The position numbers and the translations under genes were made by a program. Shown piece by piece: positions 37,433 through 38,841 of a DNA stretch of 38,841 bases; within the stretch, counting starts at the first letter, position 1, and the number at the start of each line of letters is the position of its first letter. The stretch comes from Welwitschia mirabilis (taxonomy: Eukaryota). The notes below the pieces were generated by a model, which was given only the letters and a program-made list of their open reading frames with translations, searched no databases and was not told the DNA's origin. The stretch covers positions 13,983,578 through 14,022,418 of the forward strand of contig JBOZIK010000001.1 of assembly GCA_051453625.1 (NCBI GenBank). Direction: 5' to 3'.

Positions 37433-38612
37433 ATGCCAAGTAGAAAATCCCTATTTCAAGAAAAGACAAAGGTAAATAAAAGGAATCAAAGCCTATTTTT
37501 ATGACTCCCAGGGCAAAGGCAATGTGGAATCAAAGCTTCAATAAGAATCCTCTTGCTCTAGAGAGGGTTATTTTGCAAGATACTTTTATACATTATTTCA
37601 ATCTCCTGCCCAGTTTGGAAGAGTTAAGTAGGACTTATATTCTAAACATTCATACACATTCTTTGGTAATTTTGGTTCATATGTTTTACTATAATGGTTC
37701 TTTTTAGTAGGAGTAAAATCAATTTATTTCTAATCTATATGGTATTAAGATTAAGATTAATCTTAAAATGATTTCCAATGCTACTGGCTTTCCATTAGAC
37801 TATGCATACTATGTGCATGTCTATTCAATTTTAGTTTTGAATAGATTAGTTTCCAGAAATAAGCTCAATGAAATATCATGTAAAAGATAAGAGGAATGGT
37901 AAACTACCATTTTCACTCAGTTTTTGAAGCCAATTTTCAAGGTACTCTTTTGCATTGTCTTCAGTAATTTAACTCCCAAGCTTGACCACATGGATGAAGT
38001 ATCTCCTCTATGTGCTTATGTTATGTATTGCTATGATCAAGAATTCAACTCAATGTACTGCAACTAATTCTGCAAAACATGGCTTTCTACACATCTATGG
38101 ATTTAGTCGCACTGCCGTATGGAGGCCTTATTACTGAGATGTATTATGACCAGGCAAATCTACAAAANNNNNNNNNNNNNNNNNNNNNNNNNNNNNNNNN
38201 NNNNNNNNNNNNNNNNNNNNNNNNNNNNNNNNNNNNNNNNNNNNNNNNNNNNNNNNNNNNNNNNNNNAGAATTCAACTCAATGTACTGCAACTGATTTTG
38301 CAAAACATGGCTTTCTACACATCTATGGGTTTAGCCGCACTACCATATGGAGGCCTTATCACTGAGATGTATCATGACCAAGAAAATCTACCAAAGGTCA
38401 AAGATGAAATTCTAAAATTATTAAAGCCATTTGATAAGTCCTCTCTTATGCAAATGAGAATTGTAAAAGGCACAGATCTTGTAGTCGTAGCTTCTCCTCC
38501 TTCTAGATGGTTCAAGTGCATGTGATCTAGTGAGTCCTCAAGTGGTATCTCCTCAACTAACAAGTGCTCAAATGGATCTCATCTTAGTTATTTAAGATAA
38601 AGAAAGCTCTGT
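37433..38612 (+). pseudogene. Post-pol extra ORF ('env-like') remnant, copy B
   Basis: Colinear with copy A. IQLNVLQLILQNM..ALPYGGLITEMY..KPFDKSSLMQMRIVK. Confidence 0.7.
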
Positions 38613-38841
38613 TGATTTTGTATTGGAGGTGGCATTTTCTTCTTGTAGTAGTAGTAGTAGTGGGAATGAGATGGAATCTAGTTAATTATGTTTTTATCTT
38701 TTTTTTTACTAGTGTCTTCTTCTGGTTTTTATATCTTTGTGTTCTTGTATTTGGTTTTATTATTCTTGTCAGTCCAAGTTTACTCTTATGTACTCTAAAA
38801 TGATAAATATGTAAATCATATTTGTGTTTAATGGTTAATAT

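Larger units (their letters stand above)
30852..38841 (+). mobile_element. Second SIRE-type Ty1/copia element (fragmented, probably a mosaic of paralogous contigs)
   Basis: LTR end with C-rich signal TATTCACCCCTCTCT, PBS-Met, gag, protease, integrase, RNase H end and post-pol ORF, in the expected order. Confidence 0.8.

Overview
AT-rich plant (probably seed-plant) nuclear DNA from a gappy short-read assembly, made mostly of very old, decayed LTR retrotransposons. An Athila-type Ty3/gypsy pol (1-1514 and 11368-12793) is split in frame by a ~9.85 kb reverse-oriented SIRE-type Ty1/copia element that keeps both LTRs, PBS, PPT and a probable 5-bp TSD. Further along are an internally deleted Tork/Tnt1-like copia (15215-18621, minus), a second Athila PBS+gag (24739-26861), and a second SIRE (30852-end, plus) with two copies of a post-pol 'env-like' ORF. 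The only credible host gene is a small intronless minus-strand ORF (20421-20846, 141 aa; MGNC N-terminus, VKVVMSxxQL and WxPSLETIxE motifs, PADRE/DUF4228-like ends without the core) in a CpG-retaining island with a motif-rich promoter. Other notable structures are a ~750-bp near-perfect palindrome (29920-30677), a 41-bp hairpin array, a 36-bp minisatellite and pervasive C>T/G>A decay. Many 100-N gaps are flanked by duplicated sequence, probably assembly artefacts. I found no evidence for a multi-gene novel system; the best leads are the small gene with its promoter and the palindrome. Identity figures are estimates by eye, not computed.
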